Assembly (NCBI GenBank): GCA_003990765.1
Contig: RBNJ01000168.1
Coordinates: 1-38,149, forward strand
Direction: 5' to 3'
Length of the DNA stretch: 38,149 nt
From: Jimgerdemannia flammicorona
Lineage: Eukaryota
Both the position numbers and the translations under genes were made by a program. How positions within the stretch are numbered: position 1 is the first letter of the stretch; every line of letters begins with the position of its first letter. The notes under the pieces are model-generated. The model was given only the letters and a program-made list of their open reading frames with translations, searched no databases and had not been told where the DNA came from. Below, piece by piece: positions 23,834-36,638 of this stretch.

Positions 23834-26800
23834 ATATTTAGAAAAAATACCTACTCTAAAGCTACTTTTAGAAAATTGTAAGCTTAACTTTCAATTTATA
23901 CTCTAGCTTGCTTTTTGATATAAAGAAGAAGTTTACTAATTGGGAAAGAATGTATATCATCCAAGTTATCTACTATTTTTAAGAAATCTGCTTTATTCAA
24001 GAAGTCTTCCAAAATGTACTATATTATACTAATTCTAACTATTAAAAAAATACTATTGAAATCATTTACCAAAATTATTTGCATTATATAAATAAGAACT
24101 TATATCTATTTCTTATACTAGAAGTTATTAAATATTTTGTTACTTTTGATAAAGTAAACCGAGGGCTCAAGTCAATCTATATAATAGCTCTAATCTTGTA
24201 ATTTGTCTTAATTGAGCTAGTATATTATATTTGGATAATTTTTCAGCTTACAAAAACCCAACAGCCAAACTGAATATATTTAATATAGCACTAATCTCTA
24301 TCACTATAGGAGAATAAGTCATTACTAGTATTTAAATAAAAAGAGAACTAATTATCTCAAGACTTATCAATTACTCAGTATCAGAAGGATCTTAACAAGA
24401 AGCCAGCAGAGTACAGAATCCTCAACCAGAGTCAGCTCAATTACTAAGAGTTCAGCTTATAAATATCTCAGAAATACCAGTAGACTTACCACTAAGAGAT
24501 CTAACTAAGCCAGAGAATACAGAAGACTAAGCTCAAACTTTTGATAAACTTGAATAAAAACTTGAAGACTATATTTATCAATTTTGATTTTCTGCAAAAA
24601 TACTACTAATTACACTACTATATATCTAAACTAGCAGATCCTCTCAGCGCAGTATTTTCAAAGATACTCAGACCTACTATATCTTACTTAAAAACTCCAA
24701 CTTCAGGATACTCAAGTATTCTAAGCTCTAATAATAACTCAGAAAGTAAATCAGAATCAGAATTAAAACTAGAAGAAAAAGGCCACCCTAATAACAATCT
24801 TTACAGAATATCTAAAAGATGTCCCAAGAGAATTTCTTAATATAATTGAAGGAATTATAGCTCTTAAGAATCTCACTACTTAGAAAAAGATTGTTATCTT
24901 TAAAGCCCAACTCAGGAAATTAGCCAAAGAAATTTTCATCTGAGTAGTAAATAATATATATAGATCTTAAAATAGCCATTCAAATAGAAGTATCTTGAAA
25001 TAAATAATATAAAGTCATAACCAACTAACTTATTGAAAAATATACAGAAAATGAAATCTATTATAAGGTTCAATATCTATTATAGAGATGAAGATAAATC
25101 TTAAAGAATTACTCGAAGCATTCTTTATCAGATCTAGAAAAGAATATATATAGCCAGATTTAATGTTACTAATCAGAATATTATAGGTTCAATGATCTTC
25201 ATAAATGAGATTCTCCCAAACATTATCTAGTATATCTATATCTTATATATCAAAAGGCCTGAAGAATAAGTAGATATAGCTTAGTAATTTTTCAATATAT
25301 ATTAGACAAGGAACTATCTGAAGTAATTATAATAAGAAAGATTATAAGAAAGACCTCTTGTTTAAAACCCTACAAGAACTCCTTCAAGAATATAGAAAAC
25401 CAAAAGAAGAAAAGCCAGTTAAGGAGTAGAAGAAAGAGAGAAATGAAATCCAGGACCTCAATTCCAAGTTAGACTAATTGGTTGAGTAAATTAAAAAACT
25501 TACTATATATGAAAATTAAAGCTATCCATAAGACAATAGAGGTTATATATTACAAAGAAACTAAAACTATCTACTCTGAGATAGAGCTCAAGTTCAATAC
25601 TTCTATTGTAGAGAGTTTGGATACTTATCATAAATTATAATAGTAGAATAAGTGACTGAAGAGACTAAGAACCACTAAATTGAAAAAATACAACCTAGCA
25701 CAAGAAGACTGAAGCTCACTCCATTGAAGATTTTAAGGAGAAAAGTAATAGTAATGACTACAGTGACCTGAATCTGTATCCAACTAAGATCATCTCTTAG
25801 GAGCAGCTGTCTGTATCATTGTCAAATAATTTCTAGACACCCTCTAGTAGCCCATTGATAGATCATCTAATCTCAGCATTATAGTAGTAGATGGAGCCCA
25901 AACTCAACCCTTGGGATAAGTACAAAACATTACTATCACTCTTAGATATATCTAGTTCTCTGCTCCAAAGGTTGTTATTACTAAAGCTGTTATCTATAAT
26001 ATGACCCTTGGTACCAACTAGATGAAGAAAATAAATACAGATATTGATATTAGTCAATAGGTGCTCAAATTCGACTACAGAGAAAAGAAATACTGAATCA
26101 AGGTGACCAGCTATGAGCAATTGAAGAAGAAGAAGATTATTATTCAGAAAGAGTATACTAATAGTAAAGAATCTACTATAGAGAAAGAAGAAGAATCTGA
26201 AGATAAAAATAAGCCCAGACTCAACCTATGAATCAATCTTATAGATGATAGGCCAGAAGACAATATATAGATAAAAGATACCATCTCTATTACAATCAGA
26301 GTTATTACAGAATAAGCTAGAGAGTACTCTATCTGTCTCAAAAGATACAATGCTCTGAACATTTCTCTAAGATTATTGAAATAAGGAATTTATCTGGTAT
26401 AGTCTATCTAGAATATAAAAAAAGAAAGATGAAATATAACTACTCTCTATAACTAAAGCTGTAGAAGTATAAGCAATCTAGGATCAAGAAATATCAGATA
26501 AAGAAATCTCTAAACAAGAAGTTTCTAAATAGGAGAAATTCTCTAAACTTATTTTTTAAGATAACTCTTAATAGATACTACTAGAAGATAATGATCTCTG
26601 GAATACTGAAGAAGGGCCAAGCATAGTTACTATTATTTTAAGATAAGAAATAACCCAGAAAAGAGTCTTTTAGCTAGAAACTTATCAGTATCAAATAGTC
26701 TTTCACTCTCTCCAAGACTACTGCTATCAGTATTACTTACTAGGCTAATAAGAAAACAGAGATACTGTAGATCAGAATTTCTAATTATAATTACTCAGAT

Positions 26801-28581
26801 ATATATTAACTTTATAAAAGCTCTAGATTTTATGGGTAAAAGAGAAATCAATTATCTCTAAGATCTCTCTATTGGAGCCAGATGGCTATATCTTAATCTC
26901 AGAGTATAAAGACTCATGTCTACTGAAGCTTTAGCTCAAAGATAATTCAAACTCAGCAAAGATATTATCCAGTATGTCTTACTATACTTTAAGGCCAAAT
27001 CTCAAATAAAATCTTATCAAAAAGATATAGGATTAATCTTTATAGACTCTAAGACAAATCTATCAAGCTTAGAAGAATAATGGTACTTAGTATAGGACTA
27101 GCTATGTAGCTATTTAAAGAAACTTATATCTAGCTAACCTCAAGGTCTAAACTCACTAGATAAGAAATAACTATAGAAGAAAGAATAATAGACTCTGAAT
27201 AAACAGGTGAAATCAAGATTATTCTGAATAATAGTAGTATAGAATAGAACCAAATCTATGAAGAGCAGAAGATTGCACAAGAAATCTTCATAGAAGTTAA
27301 GACTCCTCAACTATAAGAAGTCTCTGAACTAACTCAAGACACTAGACAAATTAAAAGATTTAAAAACTCAAATAAGAAAGAAGTACATCTCCCCTAGATT
27401 AACTACTTCAAAGAGGATACTCTCAGCAAGTATATTGCCAATCAGTCAAGCTATACAAGAACCTTATCTTAGAACTAGAAGAGCAGACCAGCTTTGAAAT
27501 ATTTATATCATCTGATCTTAGAAACCTCTTCTTTAAATCTAATAAGAACCTCAAAAACCTAGCTATAGAAGGATATATATTTTCTAATAAGATGAATTCT
27601 ATATATTCTCAAGCAACCAACCAAAGCTGATAGCCTCATTCTGTCAAAAGGAATCATCATAAGCCATCTGGTACTCAATTTTAATCAGATATATAGAGAA
27701 GTTTATAAACTAAACCTATTGGAAAAAGGCAAAAGATCTCAGAAGAAAGAAAAGGCCTTTCTGTAATTTAGGAAAAAATGTGTATAACCTTTTACTAATA
27801 TTAGACAAGAATTGACATCTCAGCAATAGTAGCAACTAGTAGAACTCCTTTATATAGAGATATATATCTTTACTATAGACTATAGTAATCTGCCATATTA
27901 TCTATCATATGACTATAGTATAAATACAAGAAATATAACATCTACTACTATAGTATAAATATAGAAAATACAACACCTATTTGGCAGAAGCCTTATAGAA
28001 TACCCCACTACCTAAAGATATTTGAGAAAGAATACATTTAGGAACTTTTAGACAATGGAGTTATCTAGCCCTCTTTCAGCTTCTAGATCAGTTCTATACT
28101 TATTATACCCAAGAAAAAAGAATGAAAATTCTACATAGATTATAGGAAGCTCAACTCAATGACAGAAAAAGATACCTACTCTTTATCCAGAATTGATGAT
28201 CTTCTAGATCAATTATGAGATGCCAAATACTTCAGCAGTATGGACTTTTTTGTAGAATTCTATAAGATTTCCATAAACCCCAAGAACATTCAGAAAACAG
28301 TCTTTCTTATCCTAGAAAAATTGTTTAAATATCTCTAAATGCTCTTTGGACTCAGCAATATACCTCCAACCTTCCAGAGAATGATGAACTCAGTCTATAC
28401 CCCACTGATCCACTACTGCCTAATTGTATACATAGACAATTCCAATATCTACTCAGTAAATTTTGAAGAAAACCTATACTATCTAGAAGAATTCTTCTAG
28501 CTTACCTACAAGAACTACCTGAGACTCAATGCTAAGAAGTGCTACTTTGAGAAACAGAAACTTGAATTCCTTATATTCATA

Positions 28582-28673
28582 AGTCTGAAAAGCTTCAAAG
28601 CAAAAGACAAGTCTGCCTACTACACTTCAAGAGATATGCCTGCCAAAAGCCAATTGATCCAGGAAGGATTTCA
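28582..28673 (+). repeat. LTR 3' tail of element C (3' copy), fused directly to the truncated RT
   Basis: Matches 23742-23833. Confidence 0.8.
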
Positions 28674-28874
28674 AATTTCAAAATAAAATATTTCAAATTT
28701 CAAATTTCGTACTTTATTTTCCCCTAATGCATTTTTTAATATGCCAGCGCTATACAATGATGCTACGCAATACTGAGTCACCTTCAATCATTTGTGACGT
28801 CAGAATCAATGATATTTTGGCGATGTTGAGTGGATTCGCTACATCCTTTTTCATTCCTTTCACCAAAAGACACA

Positions 28875-30937
28875 ATGAGTACTGTCAAAGCCCCTCGCGC
28901 CATTCCGGGAGTTCATGCCTTTTTTTGTAACGTAGCCGCAGATGGGTGGACACCAACTTCATTCGCCGCTGGCTACGCCGGAGCCAGTAAACGGAAGTGT
29001 TGGAATGAGTACACGAGCTCCTTGGTTGCGATTGGGATGTCAAAACTTGCTAATCAGGAGCTTCGGGATGCGGCGATCGAGGCTTACACTAAATACAAAG
29101 TGAATATGTCGGCCTATTATCATATACTATGTATACAACCTCTGGCCGATATCTGATATACTATGAACCAATTTAGACCTTCAAGACTGAATTCAACGCG
29201 CTATGGGCGGCACGAAAGAAGGATGCGCCTAAGTCCGCCCAAGTCAGCATGGACAGCACGGACATGGAGCCGACTGAATATGCCGAGAGCAATAATGAAT
29301 CTGAAGGCGAACAAATTGCGAAACCCCAGACAATCGACCGTAATGCCTATCTCGCAATGTTCAAAACAATCCTGAATGAAAATAAGTTTGTCCTGCAGTC
29401 GGGACGTGTTGTGGAGGACATCCTCTACGAGTATGGAAAGTCACAGGAGATTGAGACGTACGTATATTTTTTATATGTTTTGATCCCTCGTATATGAGAT
29501 ATCTGACGCAGAATATTTTCAATAGGGCTGTCCATTCCTTCATTCTGAATGTCGACGATCCGGACATCATGAGGCTTTTCCAAGGTGACGAAAGGACTGA
29601 AATCAATGCTCTCAAACCAATGCTTCCGGCTGTGGCCCCGAATATGTTGACGGAACTCGCAAAGTATTCTAAGGTATTGTAATTTTTCTTTTTCTTTTTT
29701 AAATGTGGTAACCACTACATTCTACTTATATCTGGCATTTACTTGGCAGTCAAACATCGACGAAGTGCGCCAAGCTTTGATGGAGCACAAGGTGGAGGGA
29801 ATGTACGATCGCCGAAAGCATTTCGATATGGAATGGATACATATGGCGGTCCGGACAATGTATGTATTTATGCGACACATAAATTATATTGCACCAAAAA
29901 GTAGTCATAATTATATATCACATATCATATAAACTAGGATCAACCTGTGGGAAAATCCCGACGTTCCAATGGCGCGACCCAACCTCGAAGTGTGGAACAT
30001 GGCCAATGTATACAATCAACTAGTCGACTTTGGTTTCCACGCCCCAGGCATATATGTCGCCGTTGTACGGTATGTGATTCAAACATACTTGGAATAATAA
30101 TACATATATTTATTTACTTACCGTTGCAATTTTATTATGAAGGGGCGAAGGTTCAAGTATTGCAAGCTCCGAGCGGCGAAATCGTCGGCGCCATCTCGGG
30201 CAGAGAAAGAAGCTTGGCCATAAAATTGATGGAATACTTCGGGGCCTAGGAAATGACGTCGAGTTTGGTGTCTTTGAAGCTGCCCGCATTTTCAGCAGTG
30301 AAGCCGGCACCAAGTATCTCAAGGATTCTTTAAAATTGTTGAAGGCAATGAAGGATATCTTCCTTCAAATGACGAGGAGGGTGCAGCAGAAGGATGAGTG
30401 GGTGAACAAGCTAACGGTAATCGGAAGTTTGCACCAGGGTAAGTTCGCCTTCATAAACTATAGTTTTATCTCTGTTCTTCTAATCAACAGCATTTTCTTG
30501 TAGGCCTACAGGAACAAACATATCTTCTTCTTCGGGCAAAAGGTATAATTTTGATTGCGACCAGAACTAGTGCCATTCAAATTCCCACAATGTTTTCCCC
30601 TTCGGTGATGAAGGAAATATTGAAATTAATCGGGCGGACATGGCAGACGCGGGTATGTTACAGTCAATGTCCTTCTTGTTTGTTTTATTTTTACTTCTTG
30701 TATTAATGAAACATTTCAATGAAAATGTAGGAGGTCGTCCGGGGAGTTCGTGAGCTGATCGAGAAGTCCGCCATTGACGAGGACCTCAAAGACTCGCAAA
30801 CGGAAGCGACCGATACCAAGTGGAAAAGTCCCAAAAAGAAAGCCCCGGAAATACCCGATTGCTTTACTACTCCAACCAAGGCACCGGTGGCAAAGTTCCG
30901 AATGCAAACATCACTGTCACCTACACCGACGCCATAG
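28875..30937 (+). CDS. Intact 8-exon gene, 515 aa; putative PD-(D/E)xK restriction-endonuclease-fold protein of a family expanded in early-diverging fungi
   Basis: Exons 28875-29099, 29177-29457, 29526-29673, 29750-29859, 29938-30069, 30143-30438, 30504-30652 and 30731-30937 are all joined by GT-AG introns into an open 1548-nt frame. Motifs LQSGRVVEDILYEYG, HSFIL, RGEGSSIASSERRN, GHKIDGILR, EFGVFEA, DSLKLLKAMKDI. Confidence 0.85.
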
Positions 30938-31924
30938 CTATGAACACCCTGTTACCAATGTTTTCTCGACGTCTTGTAAAACCACATGTCATTGTTTCGT
31001 TATTTTGTTGCATTATGCCCTCACCGAACCTCAACAAATGTAGGAACCAGGCTAACTTCGGAAATGATAGATCCTGATGCAGCGTGCGTTTGATTTAGTT
31101 GTACTATGTGTATTCTATTAAAAATTCATGTCACATTGCAAACACACCTTATCAGTGTCCTATGGGGCCTGGTAAAAGTCTCCCGGATAAAGGGCAAGCG
31201 AACGTGCCAATTAATATCCTTTTTCTTACCGACTCCCCCCTCCAAATATCTCGTTTGTAAAATGATGCTTACTATGGCTAGGAAGGACCACGGACGCTGT
31301 TTTTTATTTGCATCTACCCTGCCTTCCTTCTTTTTGTGACGTAGCAGCAGGCCTTACCGAACATTCGGATGAAATTTATTATTACAAGAGTAAGGAAAAG
31401 CATTTATTTATTACTTGGATCTCACAATGACTAGTATAGAGCGTCATTGTTTTAGAATAGCAAAACATTCAATTGATATTTCTGCATATAATATGATACT
31501 GACTTGATAAATGCCTCTCTACTCATTCACATGTCCCAATCCCTCTTACCTAGGAACTATCTGTGCACATATTGAATCACTTGTATTCCTGCAGTTTGGG
31601 GGAATCTCCGTCACAACTATTGTACCATTATTTCCATGACTGAGCTCGATAAAACCCAAGCCAAGGCGAGGAAGAAACGTGGCACAAACAGACACTGGCA
31701 ATCCATAGCAAGGTTTTGTGATCAGAACACCTAGACATAGCTATGTCTCTGGACCACCAGGCTGTGATCTATCACCATCAAAAAATGTACGCCAAGGCAG
31801 AATGATTATATAAATGGGCGCTAGCAACCTGTGTGGAGGCATTGCGGTGTCAGTTGATGACGGAGAACGACGATTAGTCGGGACGTTGGGTTGCTGTGGT
31901 TGCGATAATGAGACGAAGGGATAG

Positions 31925-32240
31925 ATGAGACCACCGAGTGCCCGACGAGACAACCAGGCGTCTTGACGGGACAACCGGATATCCCGACAGGTCAACTGGA
32001 AACCCCATCAGAATTATATGAATGACGACTCGATGCATCAACCGAATGTAGATTACATGAGCGACATCTCAACGTATTAACCAGACATCTATCAGATATC
32101 TTCTCAAGACAATATGAATGACATCTCGACGCATCAACCAGACATCCCGTCGGGATGACGTAAGTGACATCTCGAGTATCAACCGGACATCCCGACTAGT
32201 GATCAAACGGGACGAAACTGGATGAGACTTGTCCCATTTC
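31925..32240. repeat. Imperfect tandem repeat array (about three 21-bp units, then four ~36-bp units)
   Basis: Units like cccgacgggacaaccggatat at ~31942-32004, and atgaatgacatctcgacgcatcaaccggacatcccg at ~32018, 32058, 32113 and 32160. Confidence 0.7.
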
Positions 32241-33121
32241 AATAAACCCGAACCCTTACCAGCGCCCTTTGTTACAGCAGCTCGGCTTTGCCATACTTGT
32301 CTATGCCTCATAGAGGCTAGTCATATTAGTCAAGAATGTCACTGTACTTGGATGCTCCGATCCAAGTACCTTTTCCCAGATCGCCAGCACTTATTCATAT
32401 AGCGGTTCAGCCTCACCATATGTAATCTGACTCGTGTTGAAGATTATTCAAAGAGATTACCACCTAATATTTATCTTTCTCCCTTATTTCTAGTGTTCAT
32501 TGATACATCAACTCGACTTCCTTATGCTTTCCCTGTTGACATAGAGCGAGCCCTAAAAATATGGCTGAGTGCTCACCTTTTCGCGGATCGCCAGCGCTCT
32601 TTCTTTAAGTGCCTCAGCCTCGTCGCGATTACCCTGCCTCAGAGCCCAGTTATGTCGTTCAGAGACGTCGCCATGTTCGGCGCCATCCATACAAACGCTC
32701 CACCTCCTCGTGCTTGCCACAGAGTACGACCAGATTGATAAGATCGGTTGCTACTTGGGTTCGTACATCTACTCATCGATGGCCAAGGCTCGTGGATACC
32801 TCGGTCTTCGGTTTTATACAAATATAAATTGTTCACTTTCGTTGTATTTACCCTGCAGACTGGATTGTTTAAGAAATGCATCGCACGTGGGTGCTTTGGT
32901 CTCAGCACCATTTTTGAGATCATTGATAGAAAGGTAAATTTCGGCAAGGAAAAAATTACGGTGTAGCGGGTGCAATGAGAGTTAATATGCTGAAGTGCTT
33001 TGGCGGCACTGGGTACAGAGGTAAGAGTGTGAGAGTAAGGGTGCAGAGGAAAGAGTGTAAGTTTGCTCCGTATAGCATGTCGTGTGGCTTTGTACTTAAT
33101 ACTTTGTGATGTCATTTGCTT

Positions 33122-33830
33122 GATGACAACCGGCCAGACGCCGTCATCTGCGAAGTATATGGTGGCCTGCTCAATGGCGTCATTATGGAGTTGCAGGACG
33201 TGGGCTGGGCGCAAGGTAGGTTTCCTCCGGGTCTATTTGAAACGTAGCAGTTTCCTGAGTATAATTATTTTATAAAAGTTCGTCCATGTTAAAATTCCTG
33301 AGCATGCCTATAGTCATCCGATCCCGATCCCTAGTCCCAGTTATCACCATCGAAACCCACGGCAGCAACTCGTTCCAGTCCTCCGTTATCGCCAAAAAAA
33401 AAAACTCGTCACACTCGACTGCATCTCGCCATGAGCGAGGCCATTGCAGCGGCTATGATTTTCTTGTTTGTCAGTGAGTTTTGTAAGTGACTATGCAAGA
33501 AACTTGAATGGATTGTTGTATGGGTAATGTAATTCTTGTAATAGTGAAGAGTTCGCATGTATCAAGCTAAGCTGATAATTGTCTCTGTGGTCCACAATCA
33601 TACATAACCCCAATATCCAGACGATCATCACTTCCTCGTTGAATCCGCCTGTGGTGCCGTGTCCTCGCGACATCGTCCCGCAGCTCCACAAGCACGCCAA
33701 CCTGGTCATCACCGTCTGCAGCGGTTCTAACATCTCTATCGACGTTGTCGCCTCCTACCATAAGCGATATGTAAGCCCGCCTGTCATCGTCTACAATGAG
33801 ATTTCCTCAAGCTGGGTGACGGTGTGTTGA
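33122..33830 (+). pseudogene. L-serine/threonine dehydratase (PLP-dependent, fold type II) pseudogene, C-terminal half
   Basis: PDAVICEVYGGLLNGVIMELQDVGWAQ | GT-AG intron 33216-33334 | VPVITIETHGSNSFQSSVIA..LVTL; DHHFLVESACGA; LVITVCSGSNISID. The Gly loop is damaged, there is a frameshift in an A-run, and internal segments are missing. Confidence 0.82.
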
Positions 33831-34791
33831 GCTCCATGGATATGAATGCCGAGAATGGGTACAGACAGATGCCGCTCCACCAGGCTATAAAGAGTTGAGA
33901 TTGTGAGTCTCGTTTAGAACGATTTGAGTTATCAAGGTCAGTTTCTAAAGCGCAAAATGGTTTTCTTGGAAATATAGGGGTGAAAGAAATAGACGTTTGT
34001 GTTGACATATGTTTGGAACATATGTTTATGTTGTAAAGCTGCTCATCGAGGAGTGAGGGGGGAATGGGTGCACAGGGGCGTGGGGCTCAACGATATGCCA
34101 TATTCAAGACCGATTGAGTATGCGTAGTTCTCTCATCCTCGCTGTCACAACATCTCTGAAGTCCAGAGCTGGATATCGTCGCATACCTTCGATAAATTGG
34201 ACACAAAAATATTAGCGAAAAAGCCAAGAATATATTGCGGGAGTGAGAAATAACGGGCCACACCTTCCTACATCTGATTCTGAAAGGTCTCATGACTGCT
34301 GGAATGAAACATTGCCCAGCATCCATTGTCAAACACGTCGATTAATTCAGAGTGGTCAGTATTCGGATTTCACCATTCTCCTTGCTTCTCATTTCGTTTC
34401 TTAACTCGGAGAGTAGCAGTCTGTGATTTCTTCTACTCTTGTTCTCTATTCATCCGTCTATTCCATTCCATCAATCCGAATTGCTCATTCTTTTTTTTTT
34501 TTTTTTTTATTGATTTGTCTCTATATACATCCATTAGAACCCTTCTCCTCTCGTTAATTTGTATCAGACTTTGCCAAGCACTCTCTAAACAAGAACAGTC
34601 TTCATCCCAGGAAAATTCTCGCTCAAACTGGAACTGTCAACTCCACAGGCCCAATTCATTTGCATAGGGTGAACGCGAACGAGGTAGAAAAGTTAAACAA
34701 AAGCGAATCTAAAACCGCACCTATTCCTCGTCCTCAGATCCCAACCAACCCTTATCGACGAGACTCCTGGTGAGCTGTACGACCTGCTCAC

Positions 34792-34930
34792 CTTCGACGT
34801 CGCCCTCTTCGAGCTGCTCGGTGACGTCCATAATGGCGATGAGGTGATCGATGTGAGAGACGGTACCGCTGAGGGAGTGGAGCTTGTCGACCTTGAATTG
34901 GTTGGCGTTGCAAGTCTCCTCCTGTTGGAC
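34792..34930 (-). other. Isolated coding-like exon, product unidentified
   Basis: AG acceptor and GTGAGC donor flank the open frame VQQEETCNANQFKVDKLHSLSGTVSHIDHLIAIMDVTEQLEEGDVE, which has a strong C/G-ending codon bias. Confidence 0.55.
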
Positions 34931-35679
34931 CTATTTGCGTATGAGTCTGGAAAGGAGGAAGGAGGAGGGGCAGGAGGCGAGTATCAAATCCCTTGTAATC
35001 TGTTCCGCATACCCACGTGAGCCACAAACCCACATTCACAATACTAATACCACCTCCTCCCGGTTCCCAATCCATACGACCCGCAAACCAATGCACCTTC
35101 ACTCTTCTCCTTCTCAGGCCCAACCAACCTCTCGATCGCGTGCCTCAGGCACGCGATAAAAAACTCGATGTGAACCTCAACGAGAATGGACTGTTCCTCG
35201 TCCATTAGTCGGTAGCAGTGGTCGATAAATGGAGCCTAGCCTGGTTGACCGTAGAATTATTTAAGTGAATGTAGTGGTTATTCCAATAAGACTAGTGTTG
35301 TTAGAGTACCACTTGCACAATCAGCCTGCAGAGGGAGATGACAAACCCATCTAGTGATCCGGATAGATGCGATTCGTAGACGGTTTTTCGGTGTATATGG
35401 CTTCAATGTGCTGATTTTCAGTCTCTTCAATACGGGCAGTTTCTGTAATGCGGCGGTGCTGGCTATCGTCGTTCGTGCTTCTCTCTGGCGATCTTTCTCC
35501 CTCGTTGTTGGTGGGTGTTTGTCATTAGCGATTGCGGTTTCGTAGTGCGCTTGCCCTATCGACAGTCGACGTTTGAATGAGAATAATGGAAATCAATATG
35601 GCCATCACCAGCAAAATCAAGAATGGCACCCTGACAACGAAAATAACCGTAAACACTCACCTGTTCCTGTGGAAAAAAG

Positions 35680-35712
<33 letters not shown>

Positions 35713-36432
35713 AATTTAGCCAACTGATATAAATCGTAAATACTTTTTGGGCATTCCCATACACCTGAGGCACTCATACCTATCATCACAACGTATTGCA
35801 ATAGTTTGCTTCCATGCGACAGGAATTGGCAAGTCCAAACCGAAGTACTGCAACCGCGTAAGTTAATTCATTCGGTTAACGAAACTCCGAGTTCCGAAAT
35901 ACAAATGTCTCCTCGATCCTCGCGAACTCATTCAGCCCAGCTTGGAAAGCTTAATTATGGAGTTTGTCAGCTTGATTATTAATTCATCAATTACAAATTC
36001 AGGAGGCCACATTACCGTCGTTCGAGAGACCACATCACTAACCTACTATCCCAGAAGGTACGTCGGTAACGTCCGCTTCAACACAACTTTCCCACCCCAG
36101 AGAAGAAGTCGGTTCCGACAACACCCGCAACCAAGTTGCAGAGATATTTGTTAGGAGAGACCATTATTGAGAGCTTACAGTTCGCACTTGACCGTGTCGA
36201 GAATGTCAGCCTTAAAATGTAAAGTTTAAACGCGAACCATGTGTCGTGCTCCTTCAGGTCAAGGAGCTTGAGAACTCGGGTGTAACCCATTAACTTCCAC
36301 GAGACAAAGATCTCTCAGTTTCACCGTAGCTGAATAATTATAGATATTCCGGTTCTGACTGGGTGATTATGTCAAATCACGTAAACTTCGCGTTTGAGCT
36401 GGGAGAGTATTGGAATTTCAGAAGGGACGTGA

Positions 36433-36594
36433 ATGTCCAATACCAAGACGTCCCAACTCAAGATTATCCTCGTTGCTGGTGGCCACGGTGGCCTCGGAAA
36501 GTTTATTGTTGGCGAGTTCGTTGCCAATGGGAATTACAATATTAAGATTTTGACCCGCCTCTCTTCCCCTGCTGTAAGTATTCAGGGTAACAGG

Positions 36595-36638
<44 letters not shown>

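Larger units (their letters stand above)
23683..28673 (+). mobile_element. Ty3/Gypsy element C, extremely decayed; RH-IN and most of the 3' LTR deleted; 5' LTR probably split by element B
   Basis: RT remnant at 27980-28580 (YIDYRKLN, RIDDLLDQL, MDFF, FGLSN.PPTFQRMMN, VYIDN, LEFL); knuckle-like YCREFGY at ~25605; 92-bp direct repeat at both ends. Confidence 0.85.

Noticed and set aside
27913..27979. ~35-bp tandem duplication in element C pol
   Set aside because: Real but most simply a local slippage in a dead element.
31925..32240. CRISPR-like array
   Set aside because: Repeats are degenerate, spacing is irregular, there are no cas genes, and the context is eukaryotic.
32490..32830. Coding-like plus-strand stretch (LSLVAITLPQSP..., LHLLVLATEYDQ...)
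   Set aside because: Possibly another gene fragment, but neither frame nor family could be established.
32639..33214. 191-aa minus-strand ORF
   Set aside because: Partly antisense to the serine dehydratase exon; no motifs or convincing start.
33567..33761. Minus-strand resemblance to an M28 peptidase motif
   Set aside because: The plus strand gives a much better multi-motif match to serine dehydratase.
36000..36225. Possible terminal exon fragment
   Set aside because: Contains a stop, has no recognisable family, and no linked exons were found.
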